DNA of 64,000 bases from Gammaproteobacteria bacterium (GCA_029881795.1 JAOULX010000016.1:2434-66433); one strand, 5' to 3'; shown: positions 10,442 through 21,949, counted from the first letter of the stretch. Notes: generated from the letters alone by a model not told the origin. Numbers and translations are program-made.

Positions 10442-10507
10442 GAATCACTTTTACCTTAGATTTCCTATACTTAGCGTAGTTTGGTGATGAATAAAAATAC
10501 TTATTTG

Positions 10508-10536
10508 TTGAGTTAGGCAGACGCTTATGGTATAAA
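10508..10536 (+). promoter_or_regulatory. Candidate sigma70 promoter for the rpsB-tsf operon
   Basis: TTGAGT, a 17-bp spacer, then TATAAA, about 200 nt upstream of the rpsB ATG. A long 5' leader is expected for S2 autoregulation. Confidence 0.35.
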
Positions 10537-10735
10537 TCCGCCGCGTTATATGCAAACCAAGCTCATGATCATAGCATTTTGTTAACAGTCTGTGATCATT
10601 TATGAGTCTTTTTTTAAATCCGCACATATATCGTCACATATAAATGGGTGCCCGTTAACTATTTGTTTTTAAATGAATTTTAACACGGTTTTTTGTATGG
10701 GATATATGGAGGCGAAACCCTAATCTGGAGTATTT

Positions 10736-11482
10736 ATGTCTAAAGTTACTATGCGTCAAATGTTAGAAGCGGGTGTCCACTTCGGTCACCAAACTCGTTA
10801 CTGGAAACCAAAAATGGCTAACTACATTTTTGGTGCTCGCAGCAAAATTCACATTATCAACCTGGAAAAAACCCTGCCAATGTACAACGATGCGATGAAT
10901 TTCATCGGTAAGTTGGCATCAGATCAGGGTAAAGTTCTGTTTGTTGGTACTAAGCGCGCAGCTCGTGGTGTTATTAAAGAAGAAGCAGAGCGCTGTTCAA
11001 TGCCTTATGTTAACCATCGCTGGTTAGGTGGTATGTTGACAAACTTCCAGACTGTTAAAGCGTCTATTAAACGCCTTAAAGAGCTGGAAAAAATGTCAAC
11101 TGACGGTTCATTCAGCCGTATGATCAAAAAAGAAGCACTGATGAACACCCGTGAGATGGAAAAACTGGACCGTAGTCTTGGTGGTATCAAGGATATGGGT
11201 GGTGTTCCTGATGCGGTATTTGTTATCGATGTTGGTTACGAAAGCATTGCAATTAAAGAAGCCAAGCGTTTAGGTATTCCGGTGATTGGTGTGGTTGATA
11301 CAAACAATATCCCTGACGGCGTTGATTACGTGATTCCTGGTAATGATGATGCGATTAAAGCAATCAAATTATACGTTCAGGGCGCAGCTGATGCGATTAT
11401 CGAAGGCCGTGCTTCTTCTGTCACAAATGCAGCGGCAAAAGATGAGTATGTTGAAGTTGATGAAGACAAAAAAGCCAGTTAA
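10736..11482 (+). CDS. rpsB: 30S ribosomal protein S2
   Basis: 248 aa beginning [27 protein letters not shown], which is canonical for S2. Confidence 0.97.
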   Translation: MSKVTMRQMLEAGVHFGHQTRYWKPKMANYIFGARSKIHIINLEKTLPMYNDAMNFIGKLASDQGKVLFVGTKRAARGVIKEEAERCSMPYVNHRWLGGMLTNFQTVKASIKRLKELEKMSTDGSFSRMIKKEALMNTREMEKLDRSLGGIKDMGGVPDAVFVIDVGYESIAIKEAKRLGIPVIGVVDTNNIPDGVDYVIPGNDDAIKAIKLYVQGAADAIIEGRASSVTNAAAKDEYVEVDEDKKAS

Positions 11483-11514
11483 GGCTGTTTGTTTCTCATA
11501 CTAAATATCTTTCT

Positions 11515-11539
11515 TCATCACCTTAATAACAGGTGATGA
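11515..11539 (+). promoter_or_regulatory. rpsB-tsf intergenic hairpin, possibly an attenuator or processing structure
   Basis: TCATCACC-ttaataaca-GGTGATGA is a perfect 8-bp stem. No U-tract follows. An SD-like GAGGTGG lies downstream. Confidence 0.35.
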
Positions 11540-11570
11540 GGTTTAACAAATTCTAAACGAGGTGGATATC

Positions 11571-12449
11571 ATGCAGATTACTGCTGCTATGGTTAAAGAA
11601 TTACGTGAGCGTACTGGCTCCGGCATGATGGAATGTAAAAAAGCATTAACAGAAGTTGATGGTGATATGGAAGCGGCAATTGAGGCCATGCGTAAATCGG
11701 GTCTGGCGAAAGCGGACAAGAAAGCTGATCGCGTTGCTGCTGAAGGTCTGATTGGAATAGCGATGTCTGATGACGCTAAAACAATTGCCATTGCGGAAGT
11801 TAACTGCGAGACAGATTTTGTCAGTGGTGGTGATGAGTTTGCTGCATTCACTGACAATGTGGCTCAGCGTATTCTGGCTGATTCACCTGCTGATGTGGCG
11901 GCGTTATCTGAGATGGCTCTGGTCAACGGTGGTGATACAATCGAAGTAAGCCGTAAGAATATGATCACTAAAATTGGTGAAAATATTCAGGTTCGCCGTT
12001 TCCAGCGTATTGAAGCGACTGGTAAAATAGGTTCCTATAAGCATGGCAACCGGATTGGTGTGGTAGTTGATATTGAAGGTGGTGATGATGAGCTGCTGAA
12101 AGATGTTGCTATGCATATCGCCGCTACTAACCCGACCTGTGTCAGCGAAGATCAGGTGCCTGCTGAAATGCTTGAAAAAGAAAAAGCCATTCTGATTGCT
12201 CAGGCAGAAGAGAGTGGTAAGCCGGCTGAAATCATTGAAAAGATGATTGGCGGGCGGATTCGCAAATACCTGGCTGAAATCACACTGGTTGGTCAGTCTT
12301 TCATTAAAGACCCGGATAAGACAGTGGGTCAGTTGTTGAAAGAAAAAGGTGCTACTGTTCATTCGTTTGTCCGGCTAGGCGTCGGTGAAGGGATCGAGAA
12401 GAAAACAGAAGATTTTGCCTCTGAAGTAATGGCGCAAATCAACTCTTAA
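11571..12449 (+). CDS. tsf: Elongation factor Ts
   Basis: MQITAAMVKELRERTGSGMMECKKAL is the canonical EF-Ts N-terminus. A GAGGTGG Shine-Dalgarno sits 5 nt upstream of this ATG. The ORF track starts 9 nt earlier at a GTG inside the SD. Confidence 0.95.
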   Translation: MQITAAMVKELRERTGSGMMECKKALTEVDGDMEAAIEAMRKSGLAKADKKADRVAAEGLIGIAMSDDAKTIAIAEVNCETDFVSGGDEFAAFTDNVAQRILADSPADVAALSEMALVNGGDTIEVSRKNMITKIGENIQVRRFQRIEATGKIGSYKHGNRIGVVVDIEGGDDELLKDVAMHIAATNPTCVSEDQVPAEMLEKEKAILIAQAEESGKPAEIIEKMIGGRIRKYLAEITLVGQSFIKDPDKTVGQLLKEKGATVHSFVRLGVGEGIEKKTEDFASEVMAQINS

Positions 12450-12460
12450 TAAAGCACTTA

Positions 12461-12490
12461 AAACCGGGAACTTAGTTCCCGGTTTTGTTA
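12461..12490 (+). terminator. Rho-independent terminator after tsf
   Basis: AAACCGGGAAC-ttag-TTCCCGGTTTT followed by GTTAT. A GC-rich 9-bp stem plus a U-tract. Confidence 0.75.
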
Positions 12491-12557
12491 TCCAGACCTC
12501 TATTTTCTGATATTATTATCGGAATATATTAAGCGCATGCTGGGGAATCAGTTTTTC

Positions 12558-13289
12558 ATGTCAGAACCTAAACCAATGTATAAACGAGTGCTGCTGAAAC
12601 TGAGCGGCGAAGCCCTGATGGGTGAGCAAGACTATGGTATTGATCCGCTCATCATCGGTCGTGTTGCCAGTGAAATTCAACAGCTAGTCAACAGCGGTGT
12701 TGAAATCGGCATTGTCATCGGCGGAGGTAATATTTTTCGTGGTGCCGGACTGGCTCAGGGCGGCATGGATCGTGTTACCGGTGATCATATGGGGATGCTG
12801 GCAACCGTTATGAATTCACTGGCCATGCAGGATGCGCTGACTAAAATTGGCGTGAAAGCCGTGGTGATGTCTGCGCTTGAGATGAATCAGGTCTGTGAGC
12901 AGTATGTACAGAAAAAAGCTATTGAGTATCTTGAAAATGGTACGGTCACAATTTTCGCAGCAGGTACTGGCAACCCGTATTTTACTACTGATAGCGCTGG
13001 CAGTTTGCGGGCTATTGAAATAGCTGCAGACGTACTGATGAAAGCAACCAAGGTGGATGGTGTTTATGATGCGGATCCGGTTAAAAACCCGGATGCTAAA
13101 AAATTCAGTTGTCTGACCTATGATGAAGTTTTACAGCGCAAGTTACAGGTAATGGATGCCACCGCTGTTATCTTATGTCAGGAACATAAAATGCCACTGA
13201 GAATATTTAATTTAAATACCGCAGGTGAAATGCCACGAGCTGTTGTTGATGCAGATATTGGCACATCTGTCGTGCTGGGAGACTCGTAA
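12558..13289 (+). CDS. pyrH: UMP kinase
   Basis: [20 protein letters not shown] matches the PyrH N-terminus. I chose the internal ATG; the ORF track begins 21 nt upstream. Confidence 0.93.
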   Translation: MSEPKPMYKRVLLKLSGEALMGEQDYGIDPLIIGRVASEIQQLVNSGVEIGIVIGGGNIFRGAGLAQGGMDRVTGDHMGMLATVMNSLAMQDALTKIGVKAVVMSALEMNQVCEQYVQKKAIEYLENGTVTIFAAGTGNPYFTTDSAGSLRAIEIAADVLMKATKVDGVYDADPVKNPDAKKFSCLTYDEVLQRKLQVMDATAVILCQEHKMPLRIFNLNTAGEMPRAVVDADIGTSVVLGDS

Positions 13290-13846
13290 TGATAGAAGAA
13301 GTAAAAGACGATGCTTCGTCACGAATGGCCAAGAGTGTTGAGTCGTTCAAAAATGATCTGGTTAAAATCAGAACAGGGCGTGCGCACCCGAGTTTGCTGG
13401 ATCAGGTCACTGTGGATTATTACGGCACTGAAACCCCGCTTAATCAGGTGGCTAAAGTCAGTACCGAAGATGCACGTACGTTAATGGTTTCACCATGGGA
13501 AAAAGACATGGTAAAAGCTGTAGAAAAAGCCATTATGAATTCTGATTTGGGACTGAATCCTTCAACTGCGGGCACCACGATTCGGGTGCCATTGCCGCCG
13601 TTAACCGAAGAACGTCGTCGTGATCTGGTAAAAGTTGTTAAGGGCGAAGCTGAGCATGCCCGTGTTGCTATCCGTAACATTCGTCGTGATGCTAACTCAG
13701 ACTTAAAAGAATATCAGAAAGAAAAAGAAATCTCTGAGGACGATGAACGTCGTGGTCAGGATCTGATTCAGAAAATCACTGACAGCGCGATTGCTGAAAT
13801 AGAAGTGATCCTGTCTGAAAAAGAAAAGGAACTGATGGATATTTAA
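13289..13846 (+). CDS. frr: Ribosome recycling factor
   Basis: 185 aa. Its ATG overlaps the pyrH stop (ATGA coupling). Typical RRF sequence. Confidence 0.95.
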   Translation: MIEEVKDDASSRMAKSVESFKNDLVKIRTGRAHPSLLDQVTVDYYGTETPLNQVAKVSTEDARTLMVSPWEKDMVKAVEKAIMNSDLGLNPSTAGTTIRVPLPPLTEERRRDLVKVVKGEAEHARVAIRNIRRDANSDLKEYQKEKEISEDDERRGQDLIQKITDSAIAEIEVILSEKEKELMDI

Positions 13847-13889
13847 GCCGGACTGTTTTTGTTAACCAGCCTGATAGCCTGTCTGTAAT

Positions 13890-14666
13890 ATGTCTAAAAA
13901 AAAGCAATCTTCTGACGCTTCTCCTGCTGTTTTGCCGGCGCATATTGCTATCGTTATGGATGGCAATGGGCGCTGGGCAAAAAAACGCATGATGCCTAGG
14001 GCTGCTGGCCATAAGGCCGGTGTGGCAGCTCTGAAAAAAATTATAGAATCAGCTTCAGAGGCCGGTATCAAGTGTTTAACGGTTTTCGCTTTCAGTAGTG
14101 AAAACTGGAACCGGCCTGAGCGTGAAGTTGCTATTTTAATGGACTTGTTTGTCAGTTCTATCAAAAAGTATTTGCCTGAGCTGCAACAGGCAGGTGTCGT
14201 TTTGCGCTTTATCGGTGACCGTTCTGTATTTTCAGACAAGCTAAAAGCATCTCTGCAGCAGGCAGAAACATCGACTCAGAATAATAACTTTCTCAACCTG
14301 AATATTGCAATGAATTATGGCGGTCGCTGGGATATTACAGAGGCCGCTAAAAAAATGCTGCAGGACACTTCTTCAGGTGCTGTTGCTGCAGAGCAGATAA
14401 ACGAGTCATTGTTTTCAGAGTATTTGTCACTGGCAGATTTACCTGCTGTCGATTTGTTTATTCGTACCGGCGGTGAACACCGGATCAGTAATTTCTTGCT
14501 CTGGCAGTGCGCCTACAGTGAGCTTTATTTTACGGATGTATTATGGCCGGACTTCAATGGGCAAGAGCTGAAACAAGCCACCCAATGGTTTTCCAGTCGC
14601 CAACGCCGTTTTGGCCGTACCGGTGAACAGGTAGAAGAAGATGCCGTCAGTGAACACACAAAATGA
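13890..14666 (+). CDS. uppS: Ditrans,polycis-undecaprenyl-diphosphate synthase
   Basis: HIAIVMDGNGRWAKKR and the C-terminal RFGRT motif. Confidence 0.95.
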   Translation: MSKKKQSSDASPAVLPAHIAIVMDGNGRWAKKRMMPRAAGHKAGVAALKKIIESASEAGIKCLTVFAFSSENWNRPEREVAILMDLFVSSIKKYLPELQQAGVVLRFIGDRSVFSDKLKASLQQAETSTQNNNFLNLNIAMNYGGRWDITEAAKKMLQDTSSGAVAAEQINESLFSEYLSLADLPAVDLFIRTGGEHRISNFLLWQCAYSELYFTDVLWPDFNGQELKQATQWFSSRQRRFGRTGEQVEEDAVSEHTK

Positions 14667-14676
14667 GGTTAAATAA

Positions 14677-15498
14677 ATGCTGGCTTTAAGATTACTCACA
14701 GGTATTCCGCTGGCGCTTGCTGCCATCTGGTTTGTACTGACCCAGACATCAGACAACATTCTTTATGCGCTGACTGTTATAGCAGCACTGGCTGGCTGGG
14801 AGTGGGCCGGTCTGGCCAAGGCCAGAACCGTGGCGGTAAAAATTATGTACGGGCTGGTGCTGGCAATGACATTCTGGTCGCTGGTTCAGCTTGACAGGGC
14901 GATGTTGATTAAGCTGCAAATACTAACGACACTGTTTTGGCTGGCTGCTGTGATCTATCTGTCTCGTGTCAAATCCGTTGCCACGCATTCACGACTATCG
15001 GGTATCAAACTGATTCTTGGTGTCATCGTGGTTGTACCGGCGTTGATAGCGATCTGGCTATTGCACCGTTTCAATCCTGAATGGTTATTATTTGGCATGA
15101 GCATGGTCTGGGTGGCTGATATCGGTGCTTACTTCGCCGGTCGCCAGTTTGGTAAAAATAAACTGGCTGTGGTGCTGAGCCCCGGCAAAACCCGTGAGGG
15201 TTTTTATGGCGCAATGATACTAACACTGCTGTACAGCTTATTGGTCAGTGCGTTTTATTTCAAGTTAACGTCAACGCCGTTATTGCTGACTTTGTTGATG
15301 ACCTTTGTGCTGACGGTTTTTTCGGTAGCCGGTGATTTGTTCGAAAGTCTGTTAAAACGTCAGGCCGGGGTCAAAGACAGTGGAAAAATATTGCCAGGTC
15401 ACGGCGGCGTACTTGACAGAGTAGACAGCTTAACAGCAACCATGAGTCTGTTTTCTGTGGCAACACTGTATATTTACCATCTGGACTGGATGATCTGA
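14677..15498 (+). CDS. cdsA: Phosphatidate cytidylyltransferase
   Basis: 273 aa polytopic membrane protein carrying the CTP-transferase signature. Conserved position after uppS. Confidence 0.9.
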   Translation: MLALRLLTGIPLALAAIWFVLTQTSDNILYALTVIAALAGWEWAGLAKARTVAVKIMYGLVLAMTFWSLVQLDRAMLIKLQILTTLFWLAAVIYLSRVKSVATHSRLSGIKLILGVIVVVPALIAIWLLHRFNPEWLLFGMSMVWVADIGAYFAGRQFGKNKLAVVLSPGKTREGFYGAMILTLLYSLLVSAFYFKLTSTPLLLTLLMTFVLTVFSVAGDLFESLLKRQAGVKDSGKILPGHGGVLDRVDSLTATMSLFSVATLYIYHLDWMI

Positions 15499-15502
15499 GA
15501 TC

Positions 15503-16696
15503 ATGCAATCAGAGATTAAACTGACTATTCTGGGTTCAACCGGCACCATTGGCGAAAACACGCTGGATGTTGTTTCGCGGCATGCGTCTTGTCAGGTTAT
15601 CGCGTTAACCGCCAATACCCAGGTTGAAAAGTTGTATCAGCAATGTCTACAGTTTCAGCCGCGTTATGTAGCCGTGGCTGATGAAGCGGCGGCGAGTTTG
15701 TTAGCAGAAAAATTGCAGCATACTGCGCCAGAAATCATCGTGCTGTCGGGTGTAGCAGGGCTGGAAACGGTTGCTGCACTGGATGAAGTGAACACCGTGA
15801 TGGCGGCGATTGTTGGTGCGGCAGGGCTCTTGCCGACGCTGGCAGCGGCCAGAGCCGGTAAAAAAATCTTACTGGCAAACAAAGAAGCACTGGTTATGTC
15901 TGGTCACCTGTTTATGGAAGAGGTTCGTCACAATAAGGCGACTTTGTTGCCAATCGACAGTGAGCATAACGCGATCTTCCAGTGCATGCCTGAGCATTAT
16001 GCCGATGGGCTGCAACAGGTTGGCGTTAATAAAATATTGCTGACCGCCTCTGGAGGCCCGTTCAGAACTAAAGCGCTTAGTGAGCTTAAGAATGTTACAC
16101 CGGCTCAGGCAGTGGCGCATCCTAACTGGGTTATGGGGCAGAAAATATCCGTTGATTCTGCCACCATGATGAACAAAGGGCTGGAAGTGATTGAGGCCTG
16201 CTGGCTGTTTAATACCACGGTCGATATGATTGAGGTTGTTATTCATCCGCAAAGCATTATTCATTCGATGGTTTCATATAAAGACGGCTCGGTGCTGGCA
16301 CAGTTAGGTAACCCGGATATGAGAACACCGATAGCACACGCAATGGCCTGGCCGGAGCGAATTGAATCAGGTGTGGAACCTCTGGACTTTTTTGAGGTCG
16401 CAAACTTTGAATTTGAAAAACCGGATATGCAGCGCTTTGCCTGCTTGCGTCTGGCATATGAGGCCATGAAGAGTGGTGGCACGGCAACAACGATTCTCAA
16501 TGCGGCCAATGAAGTTGCCGTTGATGCTTTCTTAAAGGAAAGAATTGGTTTTCTGGATATTCCACAGATCATAGAGTCGTCGTTAAATCATCTTAATATT
16601 GAGCCTGCAACAAGTCTGGATCAGGTGTTAAAGGCTGATCAGCAAGCGCGTTTGCATGCTGAAGAAGAAGTATTACGCAATCACAGGACTAACTAG
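15503..16696 (+). CDS. dxr: 1-deoxy-D-xylulose 5-phosphate reductoisomerase
   Basis: Begins [17 protein letters not shown], carrying the NADPH-binding GSTGSIG-type motif, 397 aa. Confidence 0.95.
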   Translation: MQSEIKLTILGSTGTIGENTLDVVSRHASCQVIALTANTQVEKLYQQCLQFQPRYVAVADEAAASLLAEKLQHTAPEIIVLSGVAGLETVAALDEVNTVMAAIVGAAGLLPTLAAARAGKKILLANKEALVMSGHLFMEEVRHNKATLLPIDSEHNAIFQCMPEHYADGLQQVGVNKILLTASGGPFRTKALSELKNVTPAQAVAHPNWVMGQKISVDSATMMNKGLEVIEACWLFNTTVDMIEVVIHPQSIIHSMVSYKDGSVLAQLGNPDMRTPIAHAMAWPERIESGVEPLDFFEVANFEFEKPDMQRFACLRLAYEAMKSGGTATTILNAANEVAVDAFLKERIGFLDIPQIIESSLNHLNIEPATSLDQVLKADQQARLHAEEEVLRNHRTN

Positions 16697-18075
16697 TGGC
16701 TGATTTTTTAAATAATTTATTGTTCTTTATTATTGCGCTGGGTGTGCTCGTCACATTCCATGAATTTGGACACTTTTGGGTTGCGCTTAAACTGGGTGTT
16801 AAAGTGCAGCGCTTTTCAGTTGGCTTTGGTAAAGCCTTTTACACGTATAAACGAAAAGTCGGCAAATATCAGGATGAGGTAGAGTTTTCGCTGGCAGCGA
16901 TTCCGCTGGGCGGCTATGTCAAAATGCTTGATGAGAGGGTCGAAGATGTCAGTGAAGATGAAAAGGCGCGGGCTTTTAATACCCAGTCACTAGCGGTCAG
17001 ATCGGCGATTGTTTTTGCCGGCCCGCTGGCAAACTTTTTACTGGCAATCGTACTCTACTGGTTTGTGTTTGTTATGGGAACATCGGCTTTCCAGCCGATA
17101 CTGGCTGAGCCGCCTGCAGACAGTATCGCAGCCGCTTCGGGTTTTAAAGCTGAAGATCTGGTCAAGCAAGTAAATGATAAAGACATCATGACCATGACAG
17201 CCTTCAGGCTGGCGTTGATGGATGCCGCTATTTCAGATGCACAAATTAAAGTCTCGGTGACGGACAAAAACAATACAGAAACAATTCGTTATGTTCGTGT
17301 TGGCGATAAAAAAATTCTTGATGTTGAAGGTGACCCGGTTGAAAAAATGGGTTTTAATCTGTGGTTGCCTGTTATCCCTCCGGCTATTGGTCAGACGGTG
17401 GCCGGTGGCGTTGCAGAAAAAGCAGGTATTCTGGCCAATGACTTAATTGTTGCTGTAAACGATAAGCCGGTCAGCTCTTGGACCGAAACGGTTAGTCTGA
17501 TATCTGCTAGTCCGGCTAAAAAAATGCGCCTGACTGTACGCCGTGATGGAGCAGAAAAAATATTTGAAATGCTGCCGGCAGCCCGCAAAAACCCTGAAGG
17601 GGTCGATGAAGGTTTCATCGGTGTTTATCTGCTGCGTCCCGAATCTGTTTTAAATAAATTATATACTACCGAGCAATACTCAGCTTTTCCGGCTATTGCC
17701 GAGGCGATTGAAAAAACCTGGTCGATGTCAGCGCTGACTCTTAAAGTGTTAACCAGAATGCTGATTGGTGAAGCGGCGTTAGAGAATATCAGCGGGCCAC
17801 TGACGATAGCAAAATTTGCCGGTGAAACTGCGGGAATAGGGCTGGTGGAGTTTTTAAGTTTTCTGGCTGTTATATCGGTCAGTCTCGGCGTGTTAAATCT
17901 GCTGCCAGTACCTGTGCTTGATGGCGGGCACTTACTGTTTTATCTGTTTGAATTTATAAAAGGCAAGCCACTTTCAGAAAAAGCTCAGCAATACGGTCAG
18001 CAAGTAGGCATGATGTTGTTACTGATGTTAATGTCAGTAGCTATTTTTAACGATATACAACGATTATTTTCCTGA
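16696..18075 (+). CDS. rseP: Regulated intramembrane (site-2) zinc metalloprotease RseP
   Basis: GTG start overlapping the dxr stop. HEFGHF zinc motif, PDZ domains and a C-terminal LDGG motif. Confidence 0.93.
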   Translation: MADFLNNLLFFIIALGVLVTFHEFGHFWVALKLGVKVQRFSVGFGKAFYTYKRKVGKYQDEVEFSLAAIPLGGYVKMLDERVEDVSEDEKARAFNTQSLAVRSAIVFAGPLANFLLAIVLYWFVFVMGTSAFQPILAEPPADSIAAASGFKAEDLVKQVNDKDIMTMTAFRLALMDAAISDAQIKVSVTDKNNTETIRYVRVGDKKILDVEGDPVEKMGFNLWLPVIPPAIGQTVAGGVAEKAGILANDLIVAVNDKPVSSWTETVSLISASPAKKMRLTVRRDGAEKIFEMLPAARKNPEGVDEGFIGVYLLRPESVLNKLYTTEQYSAFPAIAEAIEKTWSMSALTLKVLTRMLIGEAALENISGPLTIAKFAGETAGIGLVEFLSFLAVISVSLGVLNLLPVPVLDGGHLLFYLFEFIKGKPLSEKAQQYGQQVGMMLLLMLMSVAIFNDIQRLFS

Positions 18076-20378
18076 TGTTAATTAAAAAAAATATATTAGT
18101 TTTTCTTTTGCTGTTACTCAATGCGCCCTTGTTGCAGGCGGACTCATTTAAAGTTTCAGAGATTGTTCTCAACGGTCTTGAACGAATTGATCAGGGAACC
18201 GTGTTAACTTACCTGCCGCTGCAAACCGGTAGCCAGTTTGATACCAGTGACTCGTCTCGGGTTTTGCATGAGCTGTATAAAACCGGCTTTTTTTCAGAAA
18301 TAGGGCTGGAAAGAGACGGCAATAAAATAATCCTTAATCTGACTGAGCGCCCGGCCATTACCGAAGTAAATTTCGACGGTAATGAAGATGTCGATGACGA
18401 GCAGCTTAAAGAAGCGATGGAACAGATCGGTATTAAACCGGGGCGTGTTTATCATCACTCATTAATTAAAGTGCTCGAACAAAATCTACGGCAAGTTTAT
18501 TTTACGCACGGCAAATACGGCGTCAAAATACAAACAAAAGTTGAGGAACTAAAAGATAATCGGGTCAATGTTGATATAAAAATATCAGAAGGCCTGCCGG
18601 CTCTAATCAAACAGATTACTATTGTTGGTAATACGATTTTTAGTGATGAACAGTTGCTGGATATTTTTACTCTTGAACAGCCTGAAACTGTTATCGGTAT
18701 TGATTTTGACGGTGATCAATATTCACGCCCTGTCTTGACTGGTGATCAGGAAGCGCTGAAATCTTATTATCAAAACCGGGGTTATATTAATTTTAATATT
18801 CTATCGACACAGGTCAGTATTTCAGCAGATAAAAAAGACATCTTTATTACGATAAATATCGATGAGGGTGAAAAATTCCATGTTGAAAAAATTGACCTGA
18901 CTGGGGATTTTGTTTTCCCAGAAGCCGAGATCAGGAAAATGATTACGATTAAACCTGATGAGGTATTTTCTAATGCCAGTATGGTGGCTTCAAAAACCGC
19001 AATCAGCAAAAAGCTCGGTGACGAAGGCTATGCTTTTGCTAGGGTTAATGTAATACCAGAGCAGAATAATGAAAACAAAACCGTCAAGCTTACTTATGTC
19101 GTGCAACCGGGCAAAAAAGCCTATGTTCGTCATATTACCTTCTCTGGCAATGCGAAAAGTGCAGATGCTGTTCTGCGCCGTGAAATGCGTCTGATGGAAT
19201 CGGCCCCGCTTAATACAACGGCCTTAAACCGTTCAAAGATCCGCCTGCAGCGACTTAAGTTTGTTGAAACCGTCGAACTTAAAACCACTCCGGTACAGGG
19301 TACGGATGATCAGGTAGATATCGATATTAAAACAGTCGAAAGGCTGTCGGGTAGTTTCAATATATCGGCTGCGTTTTCACAGGTTGAAGGGGTGGTTTTT
19401 GGAACCAGCCTGACGCAGGATAACCTGTTCGGTACAGGCCAGAGTCTGAGTCTGGCTATTAATACCAGTGATGCCAATACGGTTTATAGTATGACGCATA
19501 CTGATCCATACTACACGGTAGACGGCATCAGCCGCAGTTTTGAGGTTAATTACAGAAAACGAGATGCCAGTGAAGAGTTAATCAGTAATTACCTGATCGA
19601 TACCGCAAAAATAAATGTCCGTTATGGTATACCGTTATCGGAATACGACCGTTTTAGTTTTGGCTATGGTCTTGAGGCGATAGATATCACTCTGGCGAGT
19701 TCAAATGTGGCTCAGGAATTTGTCGATTATGTAGATATTCACGGTAATCATTTTGAAAATTTGTCATTACAAAGCAGTTTCTCGCATGATACCCGTAACC
19801 GTACCGTGTTTGCTGACGACGGACTGATTCATGCGGTATCATTAGACATGACTGTGCCTGGTGGTGATATCAGTTATTATAAATTACAGCACCAGTCAAA
19901 ATTTTTCTTCAGTCTGGGTAATCAGCATGCGCTGATGTTACGTGGTCAGCTGGGGCTGGGTGATGGTTATGGTGAGACAGCAGAGCTGCCATTCTTTGAA
20001 CGCTTCTTCGCCGGTGGTCTGCGTTCTGTACGCGGTTACAGGACAAATTCACTGGGGCCTTATGATGCCGCTGTGGGTAATTCTGTCGGTGGAGATTTGA
20101 GTATAATTGGTGGTATTGAGTGGATATTCCCCGTGCCCTTTATGGAAACACCACCCGCATCAGTCAGGATGAGCATGTTTTATGATGCCGGTAATGTTTT
20201 TGACAGAGAGGAAACCAGCCTGAGTCATGCGTTTTTTGAACTTAAGGACGCTATTGGTATTTCTTATGTCTGGCTGGCGCCTATCGGGCCTTTACGCTTT
20301 AGCTGGGCAAAGGCTATATCGCCTGATGCCACCGATGAAACCGAAACCTTTCAGTTCAGTATAGGTTCATTCTTTTAG
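18075..20378 (+). CDS. bamA: Outer membrane protein assembly factor BamA
   Basis: 767 aa with a signal peptide, POTRA repeats and a C-terminal beta-barrel ending in an aromatic residue. ATG overlaps the rseP stop. Confidence 0.95.
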   Translation: MLIKKNILVFLLLLLNAPLLQADSFKVSEIVLNGLERIDQGTVLTYLPLQTGSQFDTSDSSRVLHELYKTGFFSEIGLERDGNKIILNLTERPAITEVNFDGNEDVDDEQLKEAMEQIGIKPGRVYHHSLIKVLEQNLRQVYFTHGKYGVKIQTKVEELKDNRVNVDIKISEGLPALIKQITIVGNTIFSDEQLLDIFTLEQPETVIGIDFDGDQYSRPVLTGDQEALKSYYQNRGYINFNILSTQVSISADKKDIFITINIDEGEKFHVEKIDLTGDFVFPEAEIRKMITIKPDEVFSNASMVASKTAISKKLGDEGYAFARVNVIPEQNNENKTVKLTYVVQPGKKAYVRHITFSGNAKSADAVLRREMRLMESAPLNTTALNRSKIRLQRLKFVETVELKTTPVQGTDDQVDIDIKTVERLSGSFNISAAFSQVEGVVFGTSLTQDNLFGTGQSLSLAINTSDANTVYSMTHTDPYYTVDGISRSFEVNYRKRDASEELISNYLIDTAKINVRYGIPLSEYDRFSFGYGLEAIDITLASSNVAQEFVDYVDIHGNHFENLSLQSSFSHDTRNRTVFADDGLIHAVSLDMTVPGGDISYYKLQHQSKFFFSLGNQHALMLRGQLGLGDGYGETAELPFFERFFAGGLRSVRGYRTNSLGPYDAAVGNSVGGDLSIIGGIEWIFPVPFMETPPASVRMSMFYDAGNVFDREETSLSHAFFELKDAIGISYVWLAPIGPLRFSWAKAISPDATDETETFQFSIGSFF

Positions 20379-20414
20379 TATAATTTATTAACCATAATTT
20401 TGATGGAAGACAAA

Positions 20415-20927
20415 ATGAAAAAAATAATATTAGCATTTGTATTTGGCATGCTGGCTTTGAATACAGCGCAGGCAAAAAATATGAAACTCGGCGTTGTCAG
20501 CGTAGAGGCAATACTAAAAAATGCGCCGCAGGTTGTTGCTATAAATAAAAAAATGCAGGAGCGTTTTACAGCACCGCAACAAAAACTGCAGAAACTGGGT
20601 GAGTCGATTAAATCATCGCAGGAACAATTTAAAAAAGATGAGCTGATACTTTCCAAGCAGCAAAAAACGGATACCCAGAAAAAGATCATGGCGTCAATTC
20701 AGGAATACCGTGAATCTGAAATGAAGCTTAAAAATGAAGTGGATGATGTTCGAAATCAGGCGCTTGCTGAGTTCCGTTTTACTGTGCAGAAAGTATTAAA
20801 TAAACTGGCAGAAGACGATGCATATGATTTTATTTTTAGTGAAGGTGTGGCTTTTGCAAAACCAGAATATGATCTGACAGCCGAAGTTTTGAAACGCCTG
20901 AAAAAGCTCTCTGAGTCTGATAAGTAA
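20415..20927 (+). CDS. skp: Periplasmic chaperone Skp (OmpH)
   Basis: The signal peptide MKKIILAFVFGMLALNTAQA sits on an internal ATG preceded by GGAAGA. K/E/Q-rich helical body. Conserved position between bamA and lpxD. Confidence 0.9.
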   Translation: MKKIILAFVFGMLALNTAQAKNMKLGVVSVEAILKNAPQVVAINKKMQERFTAPQQKLQKLGESIKSSQEQFKKDELILSKQQKTDTQKKIMASIQEYRESEMKLKNEVDDVRNQALAEFRFTVQKVLNKLAEDDAYDFIFSEGVAFAKPEYDLTAEVLKRLKKLSESDK

Positions 20928-20929
20928 GT

Positions 20930-21946
20930 ATGAGTTATACCCTGGCAGAACTGGCATCGCTGACCGCCAGTCAGTTAAATGACGAAGCTTTCAAGGATCT
21001 TGTAATCGAGGCGGTTGCTCCGGTGCAAACTGCGGGTAATGGTGATATCAGTTTTTTTGCTGACCCAAAGTATAAGAAGCACCTGTCACAATGTCAGGCA
21101 TCGGCGGTTATCATTAATCAGGAACTGGCCCAGGGTTATCAGTCTGCTGCATTAATCAACAAGAATCCCTATGCTACCTATGCCCGAGTTGCGGCATTAC
21201 TGACGCCGCCTGAGATGCCTGCTGCACAGATTCATCCGACTGCGGTGGTTGCTGAATCAGCGACAATTGGTAGTGGTTGTTTTATCGGTCCTAATTCTGT
21301 GATTGAGGCAGATGCTGTGATTGCTGACGACTGCTATCTCGCGGCCGGCGTTTACATCGGTAGAGCTTCCAGAGTTGGTCAGTCTAGCCGTATCAACGCC
21401 AATGTATCTGTCTATCATCACTGCGTAATTGGTGAGCGCAATATCATTCACTCCTCTGCGGTTATTGGTGCAGACGGCTTTGGTTTTGCTAATGATGCAG
21501 GCGAGTGGGTCAAAGTGCCGCAAACCGGCGGGGTTCAGCTCGGTGATGACGTGGAAGTCGGTGCCTCCACTACCATCGATCGGGGCGCTATTGATGATAC
21601 GGTTATCGGTAACGGGGTTAAACTCGATAATCAGATTCAGATAGCACATAACGTCCGCATTGGTGATCACACTGCTATCGCCGGCTGTTCTGGTGTGGCA
21701 GGAAGTGCCGTTATCGGTAAGCATTGTACCATCGCAGGTATGTGTACCATTGTGGGTCATATTGAACTGACCGATAATGTTCATATAACCGCCATGTCAC
21801 TGATTACCAAATCGATTAAAAAGCCGGGTAGTTATTCTTCGGGCACCGCCTTTGAAGAAACAACCAGCTGGCGTAAAAACAGCGTTAGATTTAAGCAACT
21901 GGATGTCATTTCTAGACGTTTGCAACAACTGGAAAACAAGTTTTAA
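20930..21946 (+). CDS. lpxD: UDP-3-O-(3-hydroxyacyl)glucosamine N-acyltransferase
   Basis: 338 aa with left-handed beta-helix hexapeptide repeats. Canonical position. Confidence 0.93.
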   Translation: MSYTLAELASLTASQLNDEAFKDLVIEAVAPVQTAGNGDISFFADPKYKKHLSQCQASAVIINQELAQGYQSAALINKNPYATYARVAALLTPPEMPAAQIHPTAVVAESATIGSGCFIGPNSVIEADAVIADDCYLAAGVYIGRASRVGQSSRINANVSVYHHCVIGERNIIHSSAVIGADGFGFANDAGEWVKVPQTGGVQLGDDVEVGASTTIDRGAIDDTVIGNGVKLDNQIQIAHNVRIGDHTAIAGCSGVAGSAVIGKHCTIAGMCTIVGHIELTDNVHITAMSLITKSIKKPGSYSSGTAFEETTSWRKNSVRFKQLDVISRRLQQLENKF

Positions 21947-21949
21947 TAT

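Noticed and set aside
11904-12362. 152-aa minus-strand ORF
   Set aside because: Entirely antisense to tsf, so it is a shadow ORF.
15869-16264. 131-aa minus-strand ORF plus other 60-100-aa ORFs inside dxr, rseP and bamA
   Set aside because: All overlap strongly supported housekeeping genes on the opposite strand or in another frame.
21257-21784. 175-aa minus-strand ORF
   Set aside because: Antisense to lpxD. The hexapeptide-repeat gene generates long open antisense frames.
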